From positions 2,624,001 to 2,688,000 of the forward strand of contig CAWDEM010000008.1 of NCBI GenBank assembly GCA_963801355.1: a stretch of 64,000 bases of DNA, given 5' to 3'. The notes beneath the pieces are model-generated. The model worked only from the letters and a program-made list of their open reading frames with translations. It did no database searches and was not told where the DNA came from. Source of the DNA: Ignavibacteriota bacterium (lineage in GTDB: Bacteria > Bacteroidota > Ignavibacteria > UBA10030 > UBA6906). Shown here one piece after another: positions 39,256-48,376 of the stretch (positions are counted from its first letter, which is position 1; the number at the start of each line of letters is the position of its first letter). The translations under genes were made by a program, and so were the position numbers.

Positions 39256-39516
39256 TCACTTCATCAAACCGATTTGGCGCAAGAATGTGGCCATATCCCA
39301 GTAATCGGCGTTTCGGTAGATCTTCCCACCCTTCAGCTGAACAATTGAACTGCCCCGCATTTTGAAGCCTTTACCGGTTCCGGGAAAGTCGGCAGTGACT
39401 ACGGATTGCGTGCCGGTCATCACCCACTCGAACGCCACCCAATCTCCGGACGCGAAGACCGAGGTCACCTCCAATGTGAAATCCGGAATGGCGTCGTAGC
39501 AGGCCTTCACATACAT
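39256..39516 (-). pseudogene. 5'-truncated SnoaL/ester cyclase (NTF2-like) gene
   Basis: IPDF..EV, GDWVAFEWVMTGT, PGTGK, GKI.RN.DYWD. The N-terminal helix region of the fold is missing, and the fragment starts 16 bp after the kinase stop with no RBS. Confidence 0.75.
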
Positions 39517-39532
39517 GGAACAAGTCGACCTG

Positions 39533-41869
39533 TTACCCCTCCAATCCGATCCTCTTCAGTATTGCTCTGAACCGCGGTTCAGCGTGAAATCCAACCCACA
39601 TCGGACTGACCTTCAGGTCTGGTATAAAACGAGCATGCTCGTCCACAGCCTTTTCGAGCCACTCCATCGCTTTGTTTTTGTCTCCCAGCCCGTTGTACAC
39701 CAATGCAATGTCCAGAGATGTTGTCAGCCCCTGCCTCGAGAACACCAGCAGAGTATCGATCACAGAGCGAGCTTCGCTCACTCTGCCAGATCGTGCATAG
39801 AGGTATCCAAGCCCCCCCAGCCCATAGGGAGCGTTCTTGACGAGCTCCCTGACCCTCAGAAGCTCTGCCGTTCCCTCTGCAATTTCCCCTTTCTGAGCAT
39901 AGTACAGGCCGAGATTCAAATGAGCGATTGGGAAGGTCCGGTCGAGCTCGAGTGTCTTTTTGATTTCATCAATGGCATCATCGTATCGACCCATGTCGAA
40001 ATAGTTCTCAGCGATATTTACGCTGACAATCAGCGACAGCGGATCGAGTTTTTGGGCAACTCTGATTTCAGCCATTGCCTCGTCGAAACGTCCTAACGAT
40101 CGGAGCATGATCTGGTACCAATGATGGACCGTCGGGTGATTCGGATTGAGCTCCATGGCTTTTTTGAACTCGTTCTCAGCACCAGCCCAATCCCAGCTGT
40201 AATGATACTTGATATAGGCAAACACAAGATGTGGTTCTGCGAGACTCTCGTCGAGGTCCATTGCCCTCCTCGCTGCTGCTTCAGCCCTTGGAAAGCACTC
40301 GTTGGCTGGGAGCCCAGCATACTCGGGAAGGGTCGCATGCGTGAGCGCCATGCCTGCATATGCAAGTGCATACTCTGGATCCTTCTTGATGGCGAGATCG
40401 AAATACTCAATGGCCTTTCTCAAGTCCTCGGGTGTGCGCTTGCTCCAGTGATAACGACCTTTCAGGTATTCCTGATACGCCTCGGGGTCCACCGGATGAG
40501 TCGAGGCCAGTCTCTTCTCCTCTTCCTGCGTTACCGTAACCTTGATCTCCTGTGCGATTGCCCGTGCGACATCACTGTGAAGCGCCAGGATGTTCCTCAT
40601 ACCTCGATCATACGTGTCCGCCCACAGGTGCTTCTCCGGTGATGCTTGAACCAATTGCACGGTTATGCGCACGGAGTCGCCTTCACGCAAAACTGATCCT
40701 TCAACCACCCCCTTCACATTCAGATCTTTCGCTATCTCGGGCAAGGACTTTTCAGTCTTCTTATACTTCTTTGCGGATGTCCAGGAGATGATACGCAGTG
40801 ATTTGATCTTCTGTAGTTCTGTAATCAGTGCGTCGGTCATGCCGTCGCAGAAATACTCCTGCTGAGGATCGCCGGAGCGATTCTCCAGGGGCAAGACGGC
40901 AATTGAATCAAACACTTCTCTGGATGGCGTGAGGAAATAGACTGCTGCAAGGATGACGAGAACGGCGACAAAGCTCGAGAGTGCGTATAGTATTGCGGGC
41001 CGCGTTCTGAATTGTTGAGCGGTTGTTCCTCGCCGCTTCATCTCCCCGGTTCCAACCGTCCGCTTCATCGATTTCAAATCCGCCGAGAGGTCGTCGACAT
41101 GTTGGTAGCGCTCGGCGGGATCCTTGGCCAGTGCCTTTCCGACAAGCCGCTCCAGTTCTATCGGGATGCCACTACGCAGTCCTGTAATCGGCTCCTGCTG
41201 AGAGTTGAGGATGGAGTAGAGAACGGCGTTCTCGTAGTCTCCCTTGAATGGCAGCTGCCCGGTCAGCATTTCATACAGTGTCACACCCAGGGACCAGATG
41301 TCGGTCCTGTGATCTGTCGGTTCTCCCCCTGCCTGTTCGGGAGACATATAGGCCGCGGTGCCGAGCGTCGAGCCTGCCTTGGTCAGCGCTGTTCGGCCGG
41401 AGAGTTTTGCCAGACCAAAGTCGACGATTTTCGCCGTACCATCCGAAGTAATCAGAATGTTGGCCGGCTTGATGTCCCGGTGGATGATTCCGTGCTCGTG
41501 GGCCTTGGCAAGACCCTGGGCAACCTGGACAGCGATGTAGACGGCTTCCTCGATCTTCAGCGGCCCCCGTTCGATTTTCTTCTTGAGAGTCTCACCCTCA
41601 TAGTAAGCCATTACGATGAAGATCTGGCCGTCTTCGGTCTCACCGATGTCGTGGACGTCACAGATGTTAGGATGATCGAGGGAAGAAGCGGTTTGCGCTT
41701 CGTGGATGATGCGCTGCTTGGCTTCAGGGTCGCGTGTGAGCTCGGGAGGGAGAAACTTCAGGGCGACTGTTCGGTCCAGCTTCAGGTCCTGGGCTTTGTA
41801 CACAACGCCCATGCCCCCACCGCCGAGCTTCTCGAGAATCTTGTAGTGGGAAACGGTCTGGCCGATCAA
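39533..41869 (-). CDS. Hanks-type Ser/Thr kinase with TM helix, TolB-N-like domain and TPR repeats
   Basis: GGGGMGVVY, VALK, HRDIKPAN, DFGLA, YMSPEQ, SIAVLPLEN and TPRs. TTG start 41869 with GGAG RBS. Confidence 0.93.
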   Translation of the reverse strand: MIGQTVSHYKILEKLGGGGMGVVYKAQDLKLDRTVALKFLPPELTRDPEAKQRIIHEAQTASSLDHPNICDVHDIGETEDGQIFIVMAYYEGETLKKKIERGPLKIEEAVYIAVQVAQGLAKAHEHGIIHRDIKPANILITSDGTAKIVDFGLAKLSGRTALTKAGSTLGTAAYMSPEQAGGEPTDHRTDIWSLGVTLYEMLTGQLPFKGDYENAVLYSILNSQQEPITGLRSGIPIELERLVGKALAKDPAERYQHVDDLSADLKSMKRTVGTGEMKRRGTTAQQFRTRPAILYALSSFVAVLVILAAVYFLTPSREVFDSIAVLPLENRSGDPQQEYFCDGMTDALITELQKIKSLRIISWTSAKKYKKTEKSLPEIAKDLNVKGVVEGSVLREGDSVRITVQLVQASPEKHLWADTYDRGMRNILALHSDVARAIAQEIKVTVTQEEEKRLASTHPVDPEAYQEYLKGRYHWSKRTPEDLRKAIEYFDLAIKKDPEYALAYAGMALTHATLPEYAGLPANECFPRAEAAARRAMDLDESLAEPHLVFAYIKYHYSWDWAGAENEFKKAMELNPNHPTVHHWYQIMLRSLGRFDEAMAEIRVAQKLDPLSLIVSVNIAENYFDMGRYDDAIDEIKKTLELDRTFPIAHLNLGLYYAQKGEIAEGTAELLRVRELVKNAPYGLGGLGYLYARSGRVSEARSVIDTLLVFSRQGLTTSLDIALVYNGLGDKNKAMEWLEKAVDEHARFIPDLKVSPMWVGFHAEPRFRAILKRIGLEG

Positions 41870-41927
41870 GGGAATCTCCACGGGCGTGAATGATCCCAAC
41901 GGCACGAAGAACTAGTGGTACGGCGGC

Positions 41928-41956
41928 AATATACGCCAGGGTGCGGTGGGAGTCAA
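41928..41956 (-). promoter_or_regulatory. Sigma70-like promoter of the kinase gene
   Basis: TTGACT-N17-TATATT. Confidence 0.65.
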
Positions 41957-41966
41957 ACAGAAGCGC

Positions 41967-41996
41967 GAAGGTCGACGAAATGAAGGTCGACGAAAT
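41967..41996. repeat. Perfect 15-bp tandem duplication
   Basis: gaaggtcgacgaaat x2. Confidence 0.9.
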
Positions 41997-42000
41997 GATT

Positions 42001-42110
42001 TAGGATTTTCCTACTTTTCACCTCATGCAAGGGTCGTTTTCACCTTCTTTCTGCCCCCTTTCCAAGTCCTTCTCACTCTCTCAGAAGCCCCATTCTAAAC
42101 AGTCCCATGG
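42001..42110. repeat. Upstream module D, copy 1 (partner about 45027-45142), starting with palindrome TAGGATTTTCCTA
   Basis: Colinear similarity by eye: tcctac..tttcacctca..a(g/a)ggtc..ttcacc..ctttct..tcactc.ctca..agccc..(a/t)gt.cc.tgg. Confidence 0.65.
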
Positions 42111-42273
42111 CTCCAGACATCATCCTACAACTAGTGGAGATCATTCATCTCTTTGAGGATCGTCATCTCCTGATCACCTCCACCCACCTGAGCGGTTTCT
42201 CCTTGGTCGAGCAGATTCAGAAACCGGCGACTGCGTGTTTAATTGCGGGACTCGATTGATATGAAACATGAAA

Positions 42274-42298
42274 GGGCCCGGTGATGAATGCCGAACCC
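42274..42298 (-). terminator. Terminator-like hairpin of module T, copy 2
   Basis: GGGTTCGG-CATTCATCA-CCGGGCCC followed by TTTCATGTTT, 25 bp after the S41 gene stop. Confidence 0.65.
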
Positions 42299-42323
42299 TT
42301 TTCTTTACCTCATCCATCAGAGC

Positions 42324-44807
42324 TCACCTGACTACGATCATCTTCCGGCTCTGGACGAAAGCTCCTGCTGTCAGTCGGTACACGTACATTCCGCTCGGAA
42401 GACCGGTCGCATCGAACCTGATCTTGTAGCTCCCCGATTCTTTCCGCTCATTCACAAGCTCAGCTACGTGGCGGCCAAGGAGATCGTAGACTCCGAGCAT
42501 CACCGGACAGGTCACTGGCAACTGGAATCTGATAACCGTTGTTGGATTGAATGGGTTCGGATAGTTCTGCCCGAGCGAAAAGTGTACAGGCAACGTTCTC
42601 TCTTCTTCTATCCCTGTCACAGTGACGCTCATTGTGTCACGCCAGTACAGAACCTCCTGACTGGAAATATCAAGGGCAAACCGGGCGTCGTAGGGACCCA
42701 GCAGGCCAGCTGAAAACAGTATCTGAAGGACAACCGTGGAGTTGGCGACCGCGCCGGGAGCGATCGTGCCAAAGGCCAGCGGAGCGACCGATGCGATGTT
42801 TCCTGAGTCCAGCGGCGTCACTCTTGCGGCAACGTCAGGGATGGTAAGTGTGGCCCCATTGTTTTTCAAGGCAACAACGAACCTCACCAGGTCTCCGGGA
42901 TTCGGGATGGTGTCTGTGAAGATAGTGGAATATCCAGCGCATGTAACGGGACCAGCGGTCGTGAACCGGGCAGCATATGGCATCGAAAACGTCGATAGGT
43001 CAGCCGGGTCGACGACCCTGCTCGTAACAGTGTAGAACCGTTCACCGGCAGGGGCACTCCAGGATGCACCCCATAGTCCATCGTCTGCTGCGCCGTCTCC
43101 GTGCTGTCCATCATCGACAAACAGGGTGGAATCAACAGGCATAGTATCCGCCATGAAGCGCCCAACCACCGAGATCGCGTGGCTCTGGGGGTTCTCCACG
43201 CTGGCGGTCAATCGGACGGAGTCCAGGCCAGGTCCGTAGTAACCGCGAGAGGCTGTCACTCCATGGGTGTGGGCCACGCTCGTGATCCAGGCCAGGGCAC
43301 GCTTCACAATGGTGTCATCTCCCAGTGCAACATCGTCTCTGTCAAACCAGACAGGTTCGAAGTCGGGGAATTCCTTCCGGAGAAGCAGCACGTTCGGCTC
43401 CCGATGGTCAGCCAGGACGAAGAACGGTACCATGAAGTAGAACCCGCTCACCACGGGCTCTTCGTCGATCATCCCTGTGACGGCTCCGTTAATTGATTTT
43501 CCAAAGAACCGGGCGCTGGAAAGGTAGCGGAACTTGTATGCAGTGAAATCTCCCTGGCTGATGGCGAAAGGGCTGATGAGAACAGCGATAGGCCTCTCAT
43601 ACAAAGTATTCGGATCGGCGTTGATGAAAAATGGTAGCGGCGTAGAAGTCACAGGCTTTAGAGCGTAGAGATCAGCCGGAGACAAGCGTTCGAGGCCAAC
43701 CAGTGTCTGTGTGGAATAGTTCATCAGCACGGCGAGCCCGGCTTCCGGCCCCTGGGAGACGAACCCGCCCGCATCGAAGCGGATATCGATGATCAGGCCA
43801 TCAGTTCCCATTAGAGCAAATACGGCATTCTGGAATTCGGCCTTGACGCCAGGGCCGTGTCCAGAAATGTAGATATAGCCGATGTTTGTTCCTTGGACGA
43901 CGCCATAAGAAACGTGATCGGATCCGGCGACTGGCTCGTAATCGGGCTGAGGGACCGAGGGCACTGCGAGCTGTTCGCTATTGGGCATATATGCCGGTAT
44001 GTCGAGCGATGACAATGGAGCGGTGGGCAGATGCTCCAGGTCACCCGAATGATAGCGGATCACATCGATGGTGTCGAACAGGTGCCAATTCATCCCGGCG
44101 GCAGTCAGGAGCATATGGATGCGGGAGCTTTGCGTTGCGGCCATGTGCCCCAGTCGAGGCAGCGGAGACTCGAGAAGTTCAAAGACGAGCCGTTTCCATG
44201 GCACTCCTTCGTAGCCGCGAATAATATCCCCAGGTTGCAGGCCGAGCGGGTGATTGGCAACAGCCCGAAGGACGAGGAGGGTGCTGTCCGGGAGCGGGGT
44301 CAGGACTGCACCGAAATGCCGGATATCACTGAAGGTCAGGTTCAGCACGAAGACGGGCGCCCCGGGATTCAGCGGCGTTGATTGCATGATCGTATCCCAT
44401 CCCACGACATGGTAGTCGCGAAGCTCGTGAGCGAGCTTCGATAGGATCGCCGAGAATCCACCCCGGCTGGTGGAGTCGTTTATTTGCTGAGTATAGAATG
44501 CCCGAAGGGAATCCCAGTTGATGTTCAGGCCGCTGAAGCCGGGAAAGATGTCATGGATGTAGTTGGCAAACGTGTTGAAGACCTGTTGCTTCTGGGATCG
44601 AGGAAGTCCCGGTCCCCAGAATTGATCGACGATCCGCTGCCAATCCGACCGTCGCCTGTACAGGGATGAATCGGCCAGGGCCTTGGCATTCACCTCATGG
44701 TTCGTGTACGTGAAGAACACTGGTTCTTCGTTCACATGGGTCCTCGGCTGCGCTGTGACCGGTGTCGAGGCCAACAGGAGTGCGGCGACAACAAAAATTT
44801 GCTTCAT
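42324..44807 (-). CDS. Secreted S41-family peptidase with T9SS C-terminal sorting domain
   Basis: Signal peptide, DYH, NIGYIYI, IIDIRFDAGG, AISQGD, DDGQHGDG.ADDG and the C-terminal QNYPNPFNP..YDLLG..SGMYVYRL. Start MKQIF. Confidence 0.85.
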   Translation of the reverse strand: MKQIFVVAALLLASTPVTAQPRTHVNEEPVFFTYTNHEVNAKALADSSLYRRRSDWQRIVDQFWGPGLPRSQKQQVFNTFANYIHDIFPGFSGLNINWDSLRAFYTQQINDSTSRGGFSAILSKLAHELRDYHVVGWDTIMQSTPLNPGAPVFVLNLTFSDIRHFGAVLTPLPDSTLLVLRAVANHPLGLQPGDIIRGYEGVPWKRLVFELLESPLPRLGHMAATQSSRIHMLLTAAGMNWHLFDTIDVIRYHSGDLEHLPTAPLSSLDIPAYMPNSEQLAVPSVPQPDYEPVAGSDHVSYGVVQGTNIGYIYISGHGPGVKAEFQNAVFALMGTDGLIIDIRFDAGGFVSQGPEAGLAVLMNYSTQTLVGLERLSPADLYALKPVTSTPLPFFINADPNTLYERPIAVLISPFAISQGDFTAYKFRYLSSARFFGKSINGAVTGMIDEEPVVSGFYFMVPFFVLADHREPNVLLLRKEFPDFEPVWFDRDDVALGDDTIVKRALAWITSVAHTHGVTASRGYYGPGLDSVRLTASVENPQSHAISVVGRFMADTMPVDSTLFVDDGQHGDGAADDGLWGASWSAPAGERFYTVTSRVVDPADLSTFSMPYAARFTTAGPVTCAGYSTIFTDTIPNPGDLVRFVVALKNNGATLTIPDVAARVTPLDSGNIASVAPLAFGTIAPGAVANSTVVLQILFSAGLLGPYDARFALDISSQEVLYWRDTMSVTVTGIEEERTLPVHFSLGQNYPNPFNPTTVIRFQLPVTCPVMLGVYDLLGRHVAELVNERKESGSYKIRFDATGLPSGMYVYRLTAGAFVQSRKMIVVR

Positions 44808-44877
44808 GGTGTGGTCCTTCCGCCAGTGGGGAGGTTTCACGGGTCGAGGTGGGAATGCCCCGCGGTATGAAGACAGG

Positions 44878-44969
44878 CCCGCGGAAGAAGAGGGAGTGCA
44901 GATAGAGGCAAAGTGCAGGTGCGCTTCCAGGTCTGAGGCGGGAATCCCGCATTTGACCCACAAAGCTTG
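44878..44969 (-). promoter_or_regulatory. Conserved 5' leader module B, copy 1 (partner 47433-47508)
   Basis: Shares CAAGCTT..GTCRAATGCKGGATTCCCGC..CAGACCTGGAAGCGCACCTGCAC..TCCCTCYTCTYCCGCGGG with its partner; starts 5 nt after a -10 hexamer. Confidence 0.75.
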
Positions 44970-45184
44970 AGTGGAATATACGCAGGGATTGTCAAATGTC
45001 TGTAGAACAAATGCTGAAATATCGTGTGGGAATTGTCCTACAGTGGTTTCACCTCAAAGAAAGGTCCTCTTCACCACCTTTCTACGTCACTTTTATCCCC
45101 TTTTCACTCCCTCAAGAGCCCGAACATCACACTGTTCCCTGGTTATTGTGGCTCGATGGATGATCGCCTGGTCAGGCACTTTCG

Positions 45185-45649
45185 TCATTTGCTCAGTGAG
45201 CAGATGGGTGCCGAAGCTAGGAAATGCCGCCTCAGGTTGTTAAGCGACCTGTCAAGAATTCTCTCCCATTGACGCCTCGCAAACAAAGAATCAACCAGAT
45301 AGCCCAGCACTGGAATTGGCAGTTGGTATTCCATAGCGTAAGTGAATTTGGTGCTATCACCCATTGGTTCAAAGGTCCAATGAGTTCGATGGGCCAGCCC
45401 TCTGGTGGCAACACCTGTCCAACCTCTGTTGTGGACATAATCGTGAATCTCAGTTTCGACAGGAGCAGAGAGACCCATGACACGAGCCCTGTAGGCGTAC
45501 CGTGCACCGTTACCCCGAGTGATCGTCGTGGTCGCTTTGAAATCTGACACACCCTCGAACCATTCAGTCCATTTGGCGTAGTCAGCGGCATAGCCGAATA
45601 CTTGATCCACTGGTGCGGAAATGATGACGCTATGTTCGATGCGAGTCAT
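45185..45649 (-). CDS. SRPBCC family protein, copy 2
   Basis: Near-identical to 38449-38907; a small indel changes the last few residues. Confidence 0.88.
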   Translation of the reverse strand: MTRIEHSVIISAPVDQVFGYAADYAKWTEWFEGVSDFKATTTITRGNGARYAYRARVMGLSAPVETEIHDYVHNRGWTGVATRGLAHRTHWTFEPMGDSTKFTYAMEYQLPIPVLGYLVDSLFARRQWERILDRSLNNLRRHFLASAPICSLSK

Positions 45650-45855
45650 ACGTTCACCCTCCGAGAGAATAATCAGTGGCCGAGAAAGTCCCTGACTGCC
45701 GAAGAGCTCCTGCGTGACAACTTCCGCCTTCGATTTCCTCCGGATCGGCGCACACATGTGGAGCGATTGGCCCTCTGAGGCCCAGATATCGCGTGAGATT
45801 CAGAAACTGACCAGGACGCTGTCCATTGCGCAAACACGGTTGAGTTGAAATAAGA

Positions 45856-45881
45856 GGGGCCGGTAATGAATGCCGAACCCC
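45856..45881 (-). terminator. Terminator-like hairpin of module T, copy 3
   Basis: GGGGTTCGG-CATTCATTA-CCGGCCCC followed by TCTTATTT. Confidence 0.6.
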
Positions 45882-45940
45882 ACTTTTGTCTACACAATGT
45901 GAGAAGTAGATTTGACTTTTCGCCGCCACACGGTTCCCGT

Positions 45941-46375
45941 TCACGCGGGCTTCGGGCCAGACGCAGGCACTTTCTTCAACACAGCGGCAATGACGGCGCC
46001 AGCGATGCCGGCATGCACGAGTTCGAGAAGGGGATCAACGATCGTCTTCGTCAAGCTCGAGAGGTTCGTGTAACTGTAGACCGCGAAGTTCAGGGTGAAC
46101 CAGAGAAGAAAACCCACGATCGCTGCGATCTTCGCACCTTCGAAGATCGACAGGGAGCTGGCCCGATTCCCAATCGCGTACATGATGAGGGCCGCATACG
46201 AAAGATACGCCAACACCAGCGCCCAATACAATACCTCGCCTCGATCTACGCCTGTGGCCGAGCCGGCGTTTGCGGCATAGAAGGCCGCGAAGGCCCAGTC
46301 GAATATGACGTAGCCAAAAATGAACAGCACAACGGCGCCGACGATCGTTCCGACCACGAACCGTTTGGTATCCAT
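45941..46375 (-). CDS. Small 4-TM membrane protein
   Basis: Four hydrophobic segments; GGAGGG RBS before MDTKRF. Confidence 0.8.
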   Translation of the reverse strand: MDTKRFVVGTIVGAVVLFIFGYVIFDWAFAAFYAANAGSATGVDRGEVLYWALVLAYLSYAALIMYAIGNRASSLSIFEGAKIAAIVGFLLWFTLNFAVYSYTNLSSLTKTIVDPLLELVHAGIAGAVIAAVLKKVPASGPKPA

Positions 46376-46531
46376 CTGTTTACCCTCCATTGATAGATTT
46401 GAGCTGCAGTGCAAGCCCCAACCCGCTGACCCAATCAGTCCGCGAGCGCAGAACCGCCTAGCGTGCATTAGGCTGTGAAACAGCATCAAGAATCTTGCGA
46501 CTCATGTGGCAAGTTTGAGCGCCTGGTCGTT

Positions 46532-46666
46532 CACCTCATGATAACCGGCTTCCCGTTCGCCATTCTGGAGAAGGACGACCTGTGGGCCAAGAGTGTTGTA
46601 GACTGTCAGATTCACAACTGACCTCTGAGGCAGCCCGTAGCGGATGGTCGTTGATGGGTTGAAGGA
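46532..46666 (-). pseudogene. Isolated remnant of a T9SS C-terminal sorting domain
   Basis: Translates as SFNPSTTIRYGLPQRSVVNLTVYNTLGPQVVLLQNGEREAGYHEV. No start codon and no final strands. Confidence 0.85.
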
Positions 46667-46672
46667 GCACGA

Positions 46673-47176
46673 CTATTTCTTCTTCTTTGCTTCAGGTTCT
46701 GGAGGCATCGCGGGAGCAGGAATATCCGTGGTCCAGATGTCGTAGGCCATTTTCCAGGATCCATCTGCCTGCTTTCTCCAAACGGTCACAAACTTGCCCG
46801 TGTCAGCGACGACCTTCCCACTCATCTCGTAAGTCTGGAAATATCTCCCGAGCTGGATCGCGAACTCACCGGCGCCTTCGACTGAGATCGTGGTACTGGT
46901 GAATTCTTTCATCTTCATTCCTGACTGCAGCCAACCTTTCATCGTCTTTTCTATGGCTGCTCTGCCTTTGACCATGGGCATGTTCGACGGCAGGATGACA
47001 GCATTCTCCTCATAGTTGCTGGCTGCGGCGGTCGCATCTCCCTTCACGGCCGCCTGTTCTTGGACCGTGCAGGCTGCATCAATCTTTGCCTTTACGGCGG
47101 CTGCATCGAACTGCTCCGGCGGCTTGCATCCAACAAGCAGGACACAAATGAGGACTCCAAGCGAAAATATTCTCAT
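46673..47176 (-). CDS. DUF4440/NTF2-like lipoprotein
   Basis: Lipobox LVGC, GRAAI, GKFVTVWRKQADGSWK; AAGGAG RBS. Confidence 0.88.
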   Translation of the reverse strand: MRIFSLGVLICVLLVGCKPPEQFDAAAVKAKIDAACTVQEQAAVKGDATAAASNYEENAVILPSNMPMVKGRAAIEKTMKGWLQSGMKMKEFTSTTISVEGAGEFAIQLGRYFQTYEMSGKVVADTGKFVTVWRKQADGSWKMAYDIWTTDIPAPAMPPEPEAKKKK

Positions 47177-47303
47177 GCAGGTCTCCTTTATGATGTGAAT
47201 TAGGTGTTTGAGGATCTTGAAGTGGGAGTCGTCTGACTGACGAGGGAAACCACCGCAGTTTCTCCTCGATAGGTAAGGATAGGTGGCTGCATTAGGCCAG
47301 AGA

Positions 47304-47366
47304 GTCGTCGGGGTGGGCTCTACAACGGAGGAACTGGAACAGGGTCCAGAGTGGCGGCTCGATGGC
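47304..47366. repeat. Non-coding module C, copy 1 (partner 48685-48735)
   Basis: gtcgtcggggtgggctc(t/c)aca..gg.ccagag..gcggctcgatggc present in both copies. Confidence 0.8.
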
Positions 47367-47432
47367 TGGGGAAGCCATCGTGCGAGCAAACGTGAGACTG
47401 CAAGATCTTACAACCGAATGCGGAAGGTGAAA

Positions 47433-47542
47433 CCCGCGGGAGAGGAGGGAGTGCAGGTGCGCTTCCAGGTCTGTCGCGGGAATCCAGCATTCGACATCTG
47501 CAAGCTTGGGCACAATATGGTAATCGGATAGAAGAAAGTCAA
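47433..47542 (-). promoter_or_regulatory. Sigma70-like promoter (47514-47542) plus leader module B, copy 2
   Basis: TTGACT-N17-CATATT followed 5 nt later by the same leader as 44878-44969. Confidence 0.72.
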
Positions 47543-47883
47543 CGACAATCCAACTGAGACCTTATTGTTGCTCGCCCTCTTCCCCAACTGGGAGAATGGG
47601 GACATACCACGCAAGCGGTAACCGTGCAGTGCATGAAAGTACAAACGCTCCAACCATCGGTGCATCTTATTTACCCACTGCGCTCCGCAACGGGAGGACT
47701 CTTTTTTCTTGATAATAGACGGGCGGCCGGGGCAACGTGATCAGCATTGGTGGAAGGTCACAGTCCTTCCCTGGCACGCTACGCACGCCTCGAACCCAGC
47801 TGGCACCTGCAGCGGAAGTGTCGGGCCTGATGAATCGGGCTCATCCGTGGTATTACGAGAAGAGACTCTCACAACTCAACGGG

Positions 47884-48234
47884 TCATGAGGCTTCGATTT
47901 TCTTAGTCTTGGGTTCCGCACCCCCTGCCTTGATGGCGACCTTCACAGCATCTTCCATCGGATCTTTAAAGGGCACCTCGATTCGGAGAAGACCGTGCTC
48001 GTAGATCGCTTCGGCTTTCTCAGGTTTCACCGGCCAAGCCAAAGCCAGTGCTGAAACGTACTCGAGGTCCCTTGCTGGCGCCGTGAGGTGGACGCTGTCT
48101 GCCAGGATCTTCAGATCGATGGTATCCGTTGGTGCTCCCGGGATGGCAAACTCCACTACCAACTTGTGTGTCTCCTCGTCGGCATATGCTACTGTTGTAT
48201 TGGGCGCAATCCTAATCCGATTTTCCAGCATCAT
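47884..48234 (-). CDS. Hsp20/alpha-crystallin family small heat-shock protein
   Basis: LVVEFAIPG, and AEAIYEHGLLRIEVP matching the AxYxNGxLxI motif; AAGGAGG RBS. Confidence 0.85.
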   Translation of the reverse strand: MMLENRIRIAPNTTVAYADEETHKLVVEFAIPGAPTDTIDLKILADSVHLTAPARDLEYVSALALAWPVKPEKAEAIYEHGLLRIEVPFKDPMEDAVKVAIKAGGAEPKTKKIEAS

Positions 48235-48304
48235 GGCAACCTCCTTGGTTGTCTATAAGGCCTATGCTTGCAGTTGACCCGGCGCAGTTCAGATTACCGG
48301 GACG

Positions 48305-48339
48305 GGACAATAGACGATGGACTGTGGACAATTGACATT
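48305..48339. repeat. 5 x 7-bp degenerate tandem repeat (consensus GGACAAT)
   Basis: ggacaat agacgat ggactgt ggacaat tgacatt. Confidence 0.7.
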
Positions 48340-48376
48340 GGGGAAGCGGAGAGCGCGTTAGTCTCCCTCTCCTGGA

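Larger units (their letters stand above)
45146..45987. repeat. Direct repeat copy 2 (partner 38402-39243)
   Basis: See copy 1; offset about 6.74 kb. Confidence 0.95.

Noticed and set aside
46400-46500. c-di-GMP-I-like riboswitch upstream of the membrane protein gene (GCCTAA...GGTCAGCGGGTTG)
   Set aside because: Only a partial resemblance to the second stem; the GGCAAAC/GAAA first stem is absent.
47408-47665. 85-aa minus-strand ORF (MHRWLERLYF...)
   Set aside because: Runs through a promoter and leader module, has no clear RBS or family; at most a gene fragment.
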